A stretch of DNA of 32,000 nt, from positions 450,001-482,000 of the forward strand of contig NC_010814.1 of assembly GCF_000020385.1 (NCBI RefSeq), given 5' to 3'. Shown here one piece after another: positions 9,018 to 18,320 of this stretch (positions are counted from its first letter, which is position 1; every line of letters starts with the position of its first letter). Origin of the DNA: Trichlorobacter lovleyi SZ. GTDB taxonomy: Bacteria; Desulfobacterota; Desulfuromonadia; Geobacterales; Pseudopelobacteraceae. The translations under genes were made by a program, and so were the position numbers. The notes below the pieces were generated by a model that made no database searches, was not told the DNA's origin, and was given only the letters and a program-made list of their open reading frames with translations.

Positions 9018-9998
9018 TCAAGAAAAAGTAGTGGTTACGGCAGCGGTCTCCCGCAGATAGGCCAGGATCCCGCTGAAGTCTTCCGGCGGTTCGCTGCTGA
9101 ACTCCAGGTACTGGCCGGTTAACGGATGAATGAAGCCCAGCACCCGGGCATGCAGAGCCTGCCTCCCCAGATGTGAGATCATCCCTTTCAGACGGGTGTC
9201 CTTCAGGTTGTTGAAGCGGCCACCATCAGGATAGAGCGGATCACCCAGCAGCGGCATGTTGGCTTCGCTCAGGTGGACCCTGATCTGATGGGTACGCCCG
9301 GTCTCAAGCCGCAACTGCACCAGGCTGGCTGCTCCGAATCGTTCCAGTACCCGCCAGTTGGTGGTCGCCTCCTTGCCGTGCTTTGCCTTGCCTGACATCC
9401 GCAAGCGGTCAGTGGGGTGACGGCCAATACTGTTGCTGACCTTACCGGTATCTTCATTGGGGGAGCCATAGATCAAGGCCCAGTAAAGCCGCTTAATGCT
9501 GTGTGCGGCAAACTGTTCCGCCAGGCCCCGGTGGGCGATATCATTCTTGGCAACCACCAGCACGCCGGAAGTGCCTTTATCCAGACGATGCACAATGCCG
9601 GGCCTGATCTCTCCGCCAATACCGGACAGGTCGGTGCAATGGCCCAACAGGGCATTCACCAGGGTGCCGGAATCCACCCCGGCGCCGGGATGGACGGTCA
9701 TACCGGCCGACTTGTTGATCACGATCAGGTCGTGGTCTTCATACAGCACATCCAGGGGGATCTGTTCTGCCAGCGGCACTGCCGGTGCCGGCGGCGGTAT
9801 CTCCACAGTAATCTGTTCGCCACCAGCCAGTTTCATTGATGAACGTGGTTTTCCCTCCGTCAGCAACACCTGGCCATCGTCAATCAGGCGCTGTACCGCG
9901 GCGCGGCTCAGATCGGTCAATCGCGTAGCCAGGAAGGCGTCCAGCCGTTGTCCGGCCGCCTCAGCCGGTACCTCAATGCAGTAATAGGTTGTTTCCAC
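9018..9998 (-). CDS. rluD: 23S rRNA pseudouridine synthase, RluD family (S4 domain + catalytic domain)
   Basis: Catalytic motif HRLDKGTSGVLVVAK and an N-terminal S4-like GQRLDAFLA... The ORF track starts at TTG 10058. GTG at 9998, preceded by GGAG, gives an N-terminus of E. coli RluD-like length, so the start is uncertain. Confidence 0.88.
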   Translation of the reverse strand: METTYYCIEVPAEAAGQRLDAFLATRLTDLSRAAVQRLIDDGQVLLTEGKPRSSMKLAGGEQITVEIPPPAPAVPLAEQIPLDVLYEDHDLIVINKSAGMTVHPGAGVDSGTLVNALLGHCTDLSGIGGEIRPGIVHRLDKGTSGVLVVAKNDIAHRGLAEQFAAHSIKRLYWALIYGSPNEDTGKVSNSIGRHPTDRLRMSGKAKHGKEATTNWRVLERFGAASLVQLRLETGRTHQIRVHLSEANMPLLGDPLYPDGGRFNNLKDTRLKGMISHLGRQALHARVLGFIHPLTGQYLEFSSEPPEDFSGILAYLRETAAVTTTFS

Positions 9999-10076
9999 AG
10001 AGACTCCAAACAGAAGAGGCGCGCCACCAGGACACGCCTCACTCTGATTTATATGCAATCCGGTCTTGCTGAACTG

Positions 10077-10340
10077 CTACCAGATAGCTGATTCAATCTT
10101 GCCGGCCCGCTTGATCAGAATATCCACCAGGGTCAGATCGAACATCCGTTCCGGGTCAAGCTCAGGGGCAACCCGGGAATAGAAATGCTGGCGTCCTTCT
10201 TCGATCTCTTCAGACAGCACATCAAAGATGTTGTCATTCTTGATGCCGCTTTCCACCTTCTCCTGATTGTAGATCGCCACATCGGAGATAATGGCCCGTG
10301 CCAGACGTGCCGCCTGTTCCTTGGTGGTGATGATATTCAT
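10077..10340 (-). CDS. Small acidic conserved hypothetical protein (87 aa)
   Basis: MNIITTKEQAARLARAIISDVAIYNQEKV... The ATG at 10340 is preceded by AGGAAG; the ORF-track start at 10370 is less likely. It is embedded in the htrA-rluD operon. I recognise no family. Confidence 0.6.
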   Translation of the reverse strand: MNIITTKEQAARLARAIISDVAIYNQEKVESGIKNDNIFDVLSEEIEEGRQHFYSRVAPELDPERMFDLTLVDILIKRAGKIESAIW

Positions 10341-10419
10341 GGTTCTTCCTTTCGGGGGGAAGTCATCCAAGCATTCTCAACACTCTAGCTCAGATTTGCC
10401 GCAAAGTAAATCAATTGAC

Positions 10420-11586
10420 TTAGCGTGCGCTGTCTTCCTGCTCAATACGCCGCGCCGAGGAAGCACTATCGGCATTACCGGGCCTGACCGTGACCGTTAT
10501 TTTACGTCCCCCGCGCAGAACCACTACCGGCACTGCAGCGCCGATCCGGGTGACCGCCACCAGCTGCTGCAGATGGGAGGGGTCCCGTACCTCGGTAGAG
10601 CCAAATGCGACGACCAGATCACCTGCCTGTATGCCCCCCTTGGCAGCCGGGCCATCACCCTGCACAGCGGCAATTACGACGCCGGCAGGCTTGCTGAGCC
10701 CCAGGGAACGGGCCTCTTCTTCAGTGACCGGTTTGATGCTGACCCCCAGCCAGGCCCGGGTTACCTTGCCCTTTTCAACCAGCTGGCTGATGATCGGGCG
10801 GGCCATGTTGGTCGGGATGGCAAAACCGATCCCCTGCCCGGCCGCCACAATGGCGGTGTTGATTCCCACCACCTCGCCGTGGATGTTCAGCAGCGGTCCG
10901 CCGGAGTTGCCGGGGTTGATGGAGGCATCGGTCTGGATGAAATTCTCGATGCTCTCGATCCCCACATTGGAACGGCCAGTGGCAGAGATGATCCCCACGG
11001 TCATGGAACGTTCCAGGCCAAACGGATTGCCAATGGCAATGGCCCATTGACCCACCTCAAGCCGATCCGAATCTCCCAGCACTGCCACCGGCAGGTCACC
11101 GGCATCAATCTTGATCACGGCAATGTCGGTCTTGGGGTCACCGCCCACGACCCTGGCCTCATAGACCTTGTCGTTGGAGAGCTTGACCCGGATACTTTCA
11201 GCATCCCGGACCACATGCTCGTTGGTGACAATAAAGCCGTCCCGGCTGATGATAAAGCCGGAGCCCAGACTCTTGTCACGCCGGGTCTGGGGGCCGCCGC
11301 CAAAAAACTCCTCAAACAGGGGCGGCAGGTCCGGGAACGGGCGTACCAGCTTTTTGCGGCTGATGGTTGAGATGTTGACCACAATGGGGGTCACTTTTTT
11401 TGAGACCTGGCTGAAGGCGCGCTGGGTGGAGAGGATATCGGCCGGTACATCCTTGACCGGCGGTTCAGCTTCGGCAGCAGGACGTTTTGATTTGAAAAAG
11501 AGCGGCTCGTCCTTTGAGGAGGAACAGGAGCCAAGGATGACCGCGGCGGAAATAAGCAACAACAGTCGGATCGGTGTGCGCATCAT
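10420..11586 (-). CDS. htrA: HtrA/DegP-family periplasmic serine protease with one PDZ domain; probable lipoprotein
   Basis: Catalytic motifs TNEHVV (His), DIAVIK (Asp) and GNSGGPLLN (Ser). The N-terminus MMRTPIRLLLLISAAVILGSC has a lipobox-like LGSC. C-terminal PDZ (GDLVVAFGSTEV). Confidence 0.92.
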   Translation of the reverse strand: MMRTPIRLLLLISAAVILGSCSSSKDEPLFFKSKRPAAEAEPPVKDVPADILSTQRAFSQVSKKVTPIVVNISTISRKKLVRPFPDLPPLFEEFFGGGPQTRRDKSLGSGFIISRDGFIVTNEHVVRDAESIRVKLSNDKVYEARVVGGDPKTDIAVIKIDAGDLPVAVLGDSDRLEVGQWAIAIGNPFGLERSMTVGIISATGRSNVGIESIENFIQTDASINPGNSGGPLLNIHGEVVGINTAIVAAGQGIGFAIPTNMARPIISQLVEKGKVTRAWLGVSIKPVTEEEARSLGLSKPAGVVIAAVQGDGPAAKGGIQAGDLVVAFGSTEVRDPSHLQQLVAVTRIGAAVPVVVLRGGRKITVTVRPGNADSASSARRIEQEDSAR

Positions 11587-11587
11587 A

Positions 11588-11617
11588 TTGACAACCTTGT
11601 TAAATGGATTGTATACA
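11588..11617 (+). promoter_or_regulatory. Candidate sigma70 promoter for the XRE-cupin regulator
   Basis: TTGACA (11588-11593), 18-nt spacer, TATACA (11612-11617), in the divergent htrA/regulator intergenic region. Confidence 0.3.
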
Positions 11618-11719
11618 GGAGCATCGTTGCACCATAGAACGAGGTTAGGCTAGCCCAAAGGCAACAGGCTGTCAACTGCTTCGCCCGCTGGGGCAACGGC
11701 AGCAGCCAGGAGGCATACC

Positions 11720-12313
11720 GTGACGGATATTAAGGCACAAATCAAGGAGTTCCGGATTGGCGAAAAGATCCGGGGGCAACGTCAGCAACGGCGTTTGACC
11801 CTGCAGGAATTGTCGGAATTGACCGGCCTTTCCAAACCGCTGCTGTCCCAGATAGAAAATGAGCAGGTGGTGCCTCCCCTGGCTACGTTGCTGAAGATTT
11901 CCCGCGGCCTTAAGGTTGATATCCATTTTTTCTTCGAAGATGAGGGCAACCGCCAGAGACTGGTGCTGACCCGGGGAGATGATCTGCGGCCAGACCTGCA
12001 GCGCCAGGCGGTCAATGCTGAAAACCGGCCTTACACCTATCATTCCCTGGCCCACGGCATGCGCCAGAAGCATATGGAACCGTTTCTGGTGGAGGTGAAA
12101 AACTCAACCTGGGATGACAAACTCTTTTTCCGCCATGAAGGGGAGGAGGAGTTCCTCTACGTGCTGGAGGGGGAGATTGATCTGCATTACGGCAACGAAA
12201 TCCACCGGGTAAAAAGTGGCGACAGTGTTTACTACGACTCCAGCGAACCCCACGGCCTGGTGTCGGTGGGGGATCAAAAAGCCCGGATTGTTGCAGTGCT
12301 TTACTCCAAGTAA
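11720..12313 (+). CDS. XRE-family HTH transcriptional regulator with a C-terminal cupin domain
   Basis: GTG start at 11720 with AGGAGG 7 nt upstream. HTH_3-type RLTLQELSELTGLSKPLLSQIENE and cupin strands EEFLYVLEGEIDLHYG...SGDSVYYDSSEPHG. Confidence 0.85.
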   Translation: MTDIKAQIKEFRIGEKIRGQRQQRRLTLQELSELTGLSKPLLSQIENEQVVPPLATLLKISRGLKVDIHFFFEDEGNRQRLVLTRGDDLRPDLQRQAVNAENRPYTYHSLAHGMRQKHMEPFLVEVKNSTWDDKLFFRHEGEEEFLYVLEGEIDLHYGNEIHRVKSGDSVYYDSSEPHGLVSVGDQKARIVAVLYSK

Positions 12314-12325
12314 GCAGCCTGTTTG

Positions 12326-12368
12326 AAACATGAGAGGGGTGCCACTGGTTGGCACCCCTCTCATGTTT
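12326..12368. terminator. 18-bp perfect inverted repeat (hairpin) between convergent genes; probable bidirectional terminator without a canonical U-tract
   Basis: AAACATGAGAGGGGTGCC (12326-12343) pairs with GGCACCCCTCTCATGTTT (12351-12368) across a 7-nt loop. Confidence 0.6.
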
Positions 12369-12373
12369 GCTCG

Positions 12374-13027
12374 CTACGCCATCTCAACCACGGTCTTAAC
12401 GCACTTCCCGATCCCTTCATACACCTCGGAAATCCGCTCTGCCAGCATGTATGCCGGTGTACTCACAATTCTGTTAGCCTGATCAATCACAATCTCGTTT
12501 ACCGGGCAATCCTGATGTTTTGCGCCGGTTTTTTCGACCTCTGCAGCGGTACCTGGGTCGGTGCCGATGGTCAGAGTTGGGTGTGCCTTTTTACCCAGGA
12601 TGGCGGCGATCAGTGCCGGTGCAATACAGATGGCGCCGATCGGCTTCCCGGCAGCATGGATCTCCTGTGTCAGGCGGGCCACTTCCGGGTTAACCGAGGC
12701 AGCAGCACCTTTCTGGCCAAAGTCGCACAGGTTCAGGGCAGCGCCAAAACCGCCGGGGAGGACCAGGGCATCCAGCTCAGCCGCCTGTACCTCGCTGATG
12801 TTCCTGATCTTGCCGCGGGCAATCCGGGCTGATTCCACCAGCACCCTGCGTTTGGCTCCGGTCAGCTCCATGCTGCAGTGGTTCATCTCATTCAACTCTA
12901 TGTCCGGGGCCATGCAGACCGCCTCGGCACCGGCCTGGTCAATGGCCAAAAGAGCACAGACCGCCTCATGGATCTCACTGCCGTCACGGAAACCGCAACC
13001 TGAAAGTATCACTCCGATCTTTTTCAT
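12374..13027 (-). CDS. elbB: ElbB-type DJ-1/PfpI-family protein (isoprenoid biosynthesis/glyoxalase ElbB)
   Basis: MKKIGVILSGCGFRDGSEIHEAV..., LPGGFGAALNL and KPIGAICIAP (nucleophile-elbow Cys) match ElbB. AGGAGG SD. The ATG overlaps the upstream stop (ATGA). Confidence 0.85.
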   Translation of the reverse strand: MKKIGVILSGCGFRDGSEIHEAVCALLAIDQAGAEAVCMAPDIELNEMNHCSMELTGAKRRVLVESARIARGKIRNISEVQAAELDALVLPGGFGAALNLCDFGQKGAAASVNPEVARLTQEIHAAGKPIGAICIAPALIAAILGKKAHPTLTIGTDPGTAAEVEKTGAKHQDCPVNEIVIDQANRIVSTPAYMLAERISEVYEGIGKCVKTVVEMA

Positions 13028-13941
13028 AAAGAACCTCCTGCATGTTGTTCGGCCAGGGCCGTTCGTATGGCGTCGTCGTAGGGGGTCAGCCGGATCGGCA
13101 GCAATTCCCGGATCCGGGTGTCCCGGCAGATTACTTCATTCTTCAGTCCTTCAATCAGGGCAATGGCAATGGCCGGCTTGACCGGTGTTACCAACCCCAC
13201 CCAGTAGGAAGAGAGCTTTGGCGTCAACACCGGCACCGGAATGATCCAGAGCCGTTTGCCTTCCAGCACCGCAAACCGCTCCATCATCTCCTTGTAGGTC
13301 ATGATCTCGGGACCGCCGATATCAAAGGTACCGCCGGCGGTTTTGGGTTCTTCCAGACAACCGGCCAGATAGGCAATCACATCAGCCACGGCGATCGGCT
13401 GGTTGCGGGTGCTGACCCAGCGGGGGGTGATCATGACCGGCAGCCGTTTCACCAGACTGTGCACCATCTCGTAGGATGAACCGCCAAATCCGATGATCAC
13501 GGCAGCCCGCAGGAAGGTGGTGCTGAAACAGCCGGTTTGCAGGATATGGGCCACCTCAAGACGGCTGGCCAGGTGGTGGGAAAGGTTGTCGCCGGTCTCG
13601 CCCAACCCGCCCAGATAGATGACCCGTTTGACGCCGGCCAGATCTGCGCTGGCAACAAAGTTACGGGCTGCCAGACGGTCCTGCTCAGCAAAATCACCTT
13701 TGCTCTGTCCCATTGAATGCACCAGGTAGTAGACCGTATCTATCCCGTTCAGGGCAGCAGGCAGGCTGTCAGGTTGCAGCAGATCAGCCTGGATCTGTTC
13801 AACCTCAGCAGGCAGATCTGAAGGTCGGCGTACCATGCAGCGTACCCGGTAGCCCCGCTGCAACAGCTCTTTCACCAGACGCCTGCCGATAAAGCCGTTT
13901 GCGCCGGTAACCAGTATGGTGGTCTGTTCCTGTCTGATCAT
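13024..13941 (-). CDS. Atypical SDR, NAD(P)H-binding protein resembling the N-terminal two-thirds of YbjT
   Basis: ILVTGANGFIGRRLV Rossmann motif. PRWVSTRNQPIAVADV...FDIGGPEIMTYKEMM...LTPKLSSYWVGLVTPV resembles YbjT-like proteins. The likely start is ATG 13941 (MIRQEQTTILVTG); the ORF-track start at 14019 adds 26 aa with no support. Confidence 0.75.
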   Translation of the reverse strand: MIRQEQTTILVTGANGFIGRRLVKELLQRGYRVRCMVRRPSDLPAEVEQIQADLLQPDSLPAALNGIDTVYYLVHSMGQSKGDFAEQDRLAARNFVASADLAGVKRVIYLGGLGETGDNLSHHLASRLEVAHILQTGCFSTTFLRAAVIIGFGGSSYEMVHSLVKRLPVMITPRWVSTRNQPIAVADVIAYLAGCLEEPKTAGGTFDIGGPEIMTYKEMMERFAVLEGKRLWIIPVPVLTPKLSSYWVGLVTPVKPAIAIALIEGLKNEVICRDTRIRELLPIRLTPYDDAIRTALAEQHAGGSL

Positions 13942-14008
13942 GGTAGCGCTATTCTGCCACAAATTCTGATGCTGGCAAGCGGACAGTTTGTGTGGCACAC
14001 TGTTTGCC

Positions 14009-14587
14009 ATGTCAGCCAAGGCTCCGTTACAGATCGCCTGTCAACAGGTACTGCAAGAGGATAGTTCGGTCTTCTCAATCCAGTGGACCGACCTGCCCCT
14101 TGAGCTTGCGAAAGGGATGACCCCGCAACGCCTGCTGGAAGCCTATCTAAGAGCTATCAGGCGGATGACCTGGGGGCTGATCCGGCCAAAGGAGACAGAT
14201 GACGGGGTCGCCTTCTGTCTTTTGGGCCGCTTAGCGTTGCTTCGCTTTCTCAGGCCTGAGCCGGAAGGTGACTGGCTGGCCCTGCGGATCTGCGGTGGCC
14301 TGCTGGTGCAGCGGGATCAGTGTGATCGGGGAGAGCTGGCCTTTCGCTGTGAGCAGCTACCTGATGGTCAGATCAGGGTGACCCTGCGGCTGTCTGATTA
14401 CTGCCCGCTGCTGCTCGGTTCGCAGCGTCCTTCTGTTGTCCGACGTTGGCTGTACCGGCTGACCCAGGCAACCCTTCATCGCCTGGTGACCATCCGGTTT
14501 CTGGCCCTGCTCTACCGGGAGCTGGGCGGCATTGACGGAACGGTTGAGACCATCCAGGTGCAGGTGCGGAGCGGCAGGGACACGTGA
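14009..14587 (+). CDS. Hypothetical protein, possibly DUF2867-like (the domain fused C-terminally in YbjT)
   Basis: 192-aa ORF divergent from the YbjT-like SDR. The C-terminal RRWLYRLTQATLHRLVTIRFLALLYREL resembles the LYWxxxxPFHxxIFxxML ending I associate with DUF2867. ATG at 14009; the ORF track uses TTG 13988. Confidence 0.5.
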   Translation: MSAKAPLQIACQQVLQEDSSVFSIQWTDLPLELAKGMTPQRLLEAYLRAIRRMTWGLIRPKETDDGVAFCLLGRLALLRFLRPEPEGDWLALRICGGLLVQRDQCDRGELAFRCEQLPDGQIRVTLRLSDYCPLLLGSQRPSVVRRWLYRLTQATLHRLVTIRFLALLYRELGGIDGTVETIQVQVRSGRDT

Positions 14588-14616
14588 TTGAAGATTTTAC
14601 CCCACCGTGGTATCAT
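14588..14616 (+). promoter_or_regulatory. Sigma70 promoter with extended -10 upstream of lon
   Basis: TTGAAG (14588-14593), 17-nt spacer ending in TGg, TATCAT (14611-14616). Confidence 0.5.
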
Positions 14617-14660
14617 GCATCCCCTCACAACTACAGCTACTACAGAAAGTTGCGTACCCC

Positions 14661-16979
14661 ATGCCCCACAATGAACTGACCATACCTGCAATCCTGCCGC
14701 TCTATCCGTTAAAGGATATGGTTGCCTTTCCCTACATGGTGTTTCCGCTCTACCTGGATGAACCTGAACTGGCCCTGTTCCGTGCTGCCCAGGACCAGTA
14801 CGACGGTTTTGTCGCGGTATCATTTCCCCGTAAAGAACCACAGGGCAGCGATATTCTGTCAACCCTGCATGAGATCGGTACGGTCTGCCGGGTAACCCAG
14901 ATCAAAAAGGTCTCCGGCGGACGCTTCAAGGTGACCCTGGAGGGGATCAACCGGATCCGCCTGATTGAGCTGGAGCGGGTGGCCCCCTATCCGCTGGTGC
15001 AGGCGGCAGTGGTGCGGGAGTTCGTTGAAAAGGGGCTGGTGTCCGAGGCACTGGTACAGTCGCTGATCGGTCTCCTGAAGATCTCGCTCTCCTATGGCAA
15101 GCCGTTGCCGGATGATGTGATGAAGATGATTGACTACATCGACAACCCTGCCCGGCTGTCCGACCTGGTGGCGTTGTATGTCAACCTGCCCCAGTCTGAT
15201 CTGCAGGAACTGCTGGAAACCGTTGATCCGCTGGAACGGCTCAAAAAAGTCTATGTTCACCTGACCAATGAAGTGCAGAAGCTGCAGGTGCATGGCGAGA
15301 TGAAGACCGAGCTGAACAAGCGGGTCGGCAAGAACCAGAAGGATTACCTGCTGCGGGAGCAGATGAAACAGATCCAGGAAGAACTTGGAGAGGAAGATCC
15401 CCGCAACGCCGATGTGGCTGATCTGCGCAAGCGGATTGACGAGGCGGAGATGCCGGAGGAGGTGCGCAAGATCGCCCTCAAGGAGCTGAAGCGGCTGGAG
15501 AAGATCAACCAGGCCTCGCCGGAGTACAATGTCAGCCGCACCTACCTGGATTATCTGGCTGGCATGCCCTGGTCCATCTCCACTGAAGATTCGCTGGATA
15601 TCTCCAAGGCAGAGGCGGTGCTGGATGAGGATCACTACAACCTGAAAAAGGTCAAGGAGCGGATCCTGGAGTTTCTGGCAGTGCGCTCCCTGAAAGATAC
15701 CATGAAGGGACCGGTCTTGTGCTTTGTGGGGCCACCCGGGGTGGGCAAGACCTCGCTGGGCCGTTCCATTGCCCGCTCGTTGGGGCGCAAATTTGTGCGG
15801 GTTTCACTGGGGGGGGTGCGGGATGAGGCCGAGATTCGTGGCCACCGCCGGACCTACATCGGTGCCTTGCCGGGCCGGATCATCAAGGAGATCTACCGCT
15901 GCGGCTCCAACAACCCGGTGCTGATGCTGGACGAGATCGACAAGCTCTCCCACGACTTCCGCGGTGATCCCTCATCGGCCCTGCTGGAGGTGCTGGACCC
16001 GGAACAGAATTTCTCCTTCCAGGATCACTATCTGGATGTGCCGTTTGATCTGTCCAAGGTGATGTTCATCACCACCGCCAACCAGATGGACCCGATCCCC
16101 GGTCCTTTGAAAGACCGGATGGAGATTATCCGGCTGGCAGGCTATTCCAGCGAGGAAAAACAGCATATTGCCAACCGTTTTATCATCCCCCGCGAGATCG
16201 AGGAGAACGGCTTGGCCAAGACCCCGCCCGGCTTTACGCGGGAAGGGCTGATCAAACTGATCCGTGAATACACCCGTGAGGCAGGGGTCCGCAACCTGCA
16301 GCGTACCATTGCCCAGGTCTTGCGCAAACTGGCTAAGGAGGTCACCCAGGGTAAGCCGTTGCGCGAGCAGATTACCCCTGAGGTGGTGGCAGAGCTACTG
16401 GGACCACGCAAATTTCACGACGAGGTTGCTGCCGAGTCAGACCGGGTGGGAGTAGTAACCGGGCTGGCCTGGACCGAGACCGGTGGCGACATCCTCTTCA
16501 TCGAGGCCACCAGCATGCCGGGCAAGCCGGAGCTGATTCTGACCGGTTCGCTGGGGGATGTGATGAAGGAGTCGGCCCGGGCGGCCCTATCCTACGTCCA
16601 GGCCCATGCAGCTGAGTTTGGCATACCGGATGGTGTCTTTGAGAACCGCACCATCCATATCCATGTCCCCTCCGGTGCCATTCCCAAAGACGGTCCATCA
16701 GCCGGTGTCACCATGGTCACGGCCCTGGTTTCCCTCTTGACCGGCAAACCGGCCCGCCGTACTGTGGCCATGACTGGTGAGATCACCCTGACCGGACGGG
16801 TGCTGGCCATTGGCGGCCTGAAGGAAAAGGTGCTGGCAGCCCATCGGGCCGGGGTCAAGACCGTGCTGGCTCCCAGCCGCAACCGGGACGATCTGGAGGA
16901 TATCCCGGAAAATGTCCGTCAGGAGCTGGAGTTCCAGTTCATTGATGAGGCAGCCCAGGCTGTGACGGCGGTGCTGTAA
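14661..16979 (+). CDS. lon: ATP-dependent Lon protease (LonA)
   Basis: N-terminal LPLYPLKDMVAFPYMVFPL, Walker A GPPGVGKTS, Walker B VLMLDEIDK, catalytic PKDGPSAGVTM and GGLKEK. Start at ATG 14661, because the ORF-track GTG at 14607 lies inside the predicted promoter. Confidence 0.95.
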   Translation: MPHNELTIPAILPLYPLKDMVAFPYMVFPLYLDEPELALFRAAQDQYDGFVAVSFPRKEPQGSDILSTLHEIGTVCRVTQIKKVSGGRFKVTLEGINRIRLIELERVAPYPLVQAAVVREFVEKGLVSEALVQSLIGLLKISLSYGKPLPDDVMKMIDYIDNPARLSDLVALYVNLPQSDLQELLETVDPLERLKKVYVHLTNEVQKLQVHGEMKTELNKRVGKNQKDYLLREQMKQIQEELGEEDPRNADVADLRKRIDEAEMPEEVRKIALKELKRLEKINQASPEYNVSRTYLDYLAGMPWSISTEDSLDISKAEAVLDEDHYNLKKVKERILEFLAVRSLKDTMKGPVLCFVGPPGVGKTSLGRSIARSLGRKFVRVSLGGVRDEAEIRGHRRTYIGALPGRIIKEIYRCGSNNPVLMLDEIDKLSHDFRGDPSSALLEVLDPEQNFSFQDHYLDVPFDLSKVMFITTANQMDPIPGPLKDRMEIIRLAGYSSEEKQHIANRFIIPREIEENGLAKTPPGFTREGLIKLIREYTREAGVRNLQRTIAQVLRKLAKEVTQGKPLREQITPEVVAELLGPRKFHDEVAAESDRVGVVTGLAWTETGGDILFIEATSMPGKPELILTGSLGDVMKESARAALSYVQAHAAEFGIPDGVFENRTIHIHVPSGAIPKDGPSAGVTMVTALVSLLTGKPARRTVAMTGEITLTGRVLAIGGLKEKVLAAHRAGVKTVLAPSRNRDDLEDIPENVRQELEFQFIDEAAQAVTAVL

Positions 16980-16981
16980 CC

Positions 16982-17755
16982 GTGATCAGGCTGTCTGCCA
17001 TTGACCAGCGGATGCTGCAGTTTTTTGCCCGTTTTCAGGCATTCTTCTTCCTGGCCTGGCAGGCCTTTGTCCGTATCTTTCACAAACCGTATTACTACCG
17101 CGACTTTGCGATCCAGTTTGATAAACTTGGTTTTTCGTCGCTGTTTATCTGCGTGCTGACCGGTCTGTTTACCGGCATGGTCATGGCCCTGCAGGCCCTG
17201 ATCCAGCTCAAGCCGTTTGCCGCCACCAGCTATGTGGGTGGCATGGTGGCGGTCACCATGATCAAGGAACTGGGACCGGTGCTGGCAGCCCTGATGGTGG
17301 CCGGCCGGGTCGGGTCCGCTATCACTGCCGAACTGGGCACCATGGTGGTGACGGAGCAGGTGGATGCCATGCGGGTGGAAGGCACCGACATCATCCAGCG
17401 TCTGGTGACACCCCGCCTGAAGGCAATGCTGCTGGCCCTGCCGCTACTAACGATCATCACCGATGCGGTCTCCATGCTGGGGGGCTACCTGATCGCCTCA
17501 GGTTACAGCATCAGCCCGGTCATGTATCTCTCCACCTTTACTCAGTTTATGGTGCCGCTGGATTATCTTGAAGGGGTCACCAAGCCGCTGGTCTTTGCCT
17601 TTCTGATCACCATGATCTCATGCCAGACCGGCCTCAATACCGGTGGCGGCGCCGAGGGGGTCGGGGCGGCTGCCAAGCGGGCCGTGGTGCTCTCATCGGT
17701 GCTGGTACTGATGTGTGACTTTTTCATTGCCAAGATCTTTGTGGTGTTCAGGTGA
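16982..17755 (+). CDS. mlaE: MlaE-family ABC transporter permease (phospholipid/organic-solvent transport)
   Basis: 257 aa, multi-pass membrane protein. The MIKELGPVLAALMVAGRVGSAITAELGTMVVTEQVDAM block is diagnostic of MlaE/Ttg2B. The GTG start is 2 nt after the lon stop. Confidence 0.9.
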   Translation: MIRLSAIDQRMLQFFARFQAFFFLAWQAFVRIFHKPYYYRDFAIQFDKLGFSSLFICVLTGLFTGMVMALQALIQLKPFAATSYVGGMVAVTMIKELGPVLAALMVAGRVGSAITAELGTMVVTEQVDAMRVEGTDIIQRLVTPRLKAMLLALPLLTIITDAVSMLGGYLIASGYSISPVMYLSTFTQFMVPLDYLEGVTKPLVFAFLITMISCQTGLNTGGGAEGVGAAAKRAVVLSSVLVLMCDFFIAKIFVVFR

Positions 17756-17771
17756 ATCCAGAGGAATAACG

Positions 17772-18320
17772 ATGGATTTCAAGTTGGTAACCGAAAAACT
17801 TGCAGCTGCCTTTTTGCAAAACAAGGTCCAGTATGCCCTGATCGGTGGCTATGCTGTCAGCCTATGGGGGCTGCCACGCGCGACCGTTGATCTTGATTTT
17901 CTGGTCAGGCGCACTGATATGGAAATGGTGCGGGAGATTGTGGAATCACTCGGCTACCACTGTATGCATACCTCGGAAAACGTGACTCAGTTTGATGCGG
18001 CAGACAACGCCCTTGGTGAAGTAGATTTTTTGCACGCTTTCCGTCCGGCTTCACTGGCCATGCTTGAACGGGCGGAACTGAAGACGGTATTTGATGGGCA
18101 AGAGCCTGTTCCGGTGATTCTGCCGGAAGATCTGATCGGCCTGAAGGTGCAGGCAATTGCCAACAAGCCGTCACGCATGGCGATTGATAAAGCCGACATC
18201 GAGGGGTTGATGCAACTATGCGGTGATCAGCTTGATTGGCAGCAGGTTGCTGACTACTTTGCTCTGTTTGATATGACAACGCTGTATCTTGAGCTGAAGG
18301 AGCGTCACTATGGCCACTAA
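17772..18320 (+). CDS. Minimal nucleotidyltransferase-fold (Pol-beta superfamily) protein, inserted between mlaE and mlaF
   Basis: 182 aa from ATG 17772 (GAGGAA upstream). GGYAVSLWGLPRATVDLDF (nt 17844-17897) fits the G[GS]-x9-13-DxD NTase signature. The function is unknown. Confidence 0.6.
   Translation: MDFKLVTEKLAAAFLQNKVQYALIGGYAVSLWGLPRATVDLDFLVRRTDMEMVREIVESLGYHCMHTSENVTQFDAADNALGEVDFLHAFRPASLAMLERAELKTVFDGQEPVPVILPEDLIGLKVQAIANKPSRMAIDKADIEGLMQLCGDQLDWQQVADYFALFDMTTLYLELKERHYGH

Noticed and set aside
10291-11370. 359-aa plus-strand ORF (and 10490..11050)
   Set aside because: It is antisense to htrA, whose catalytic triad motifs are unambiguous. It has no SD and a low-complexity G/D/R/H composition.
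12323-12832. 169-aa plus-strand ORF
   Set aside because: It starts inside the terminator hairpin, is antisense to elbB, and has no SD or motif.
14859-15635. 258-aa minus-strand ORF
   Set aside because: It is antisense to lon. Its leucine/glutamine-rich product mirrors the coiled-coil region of Lon, so it is a shadow ORF.
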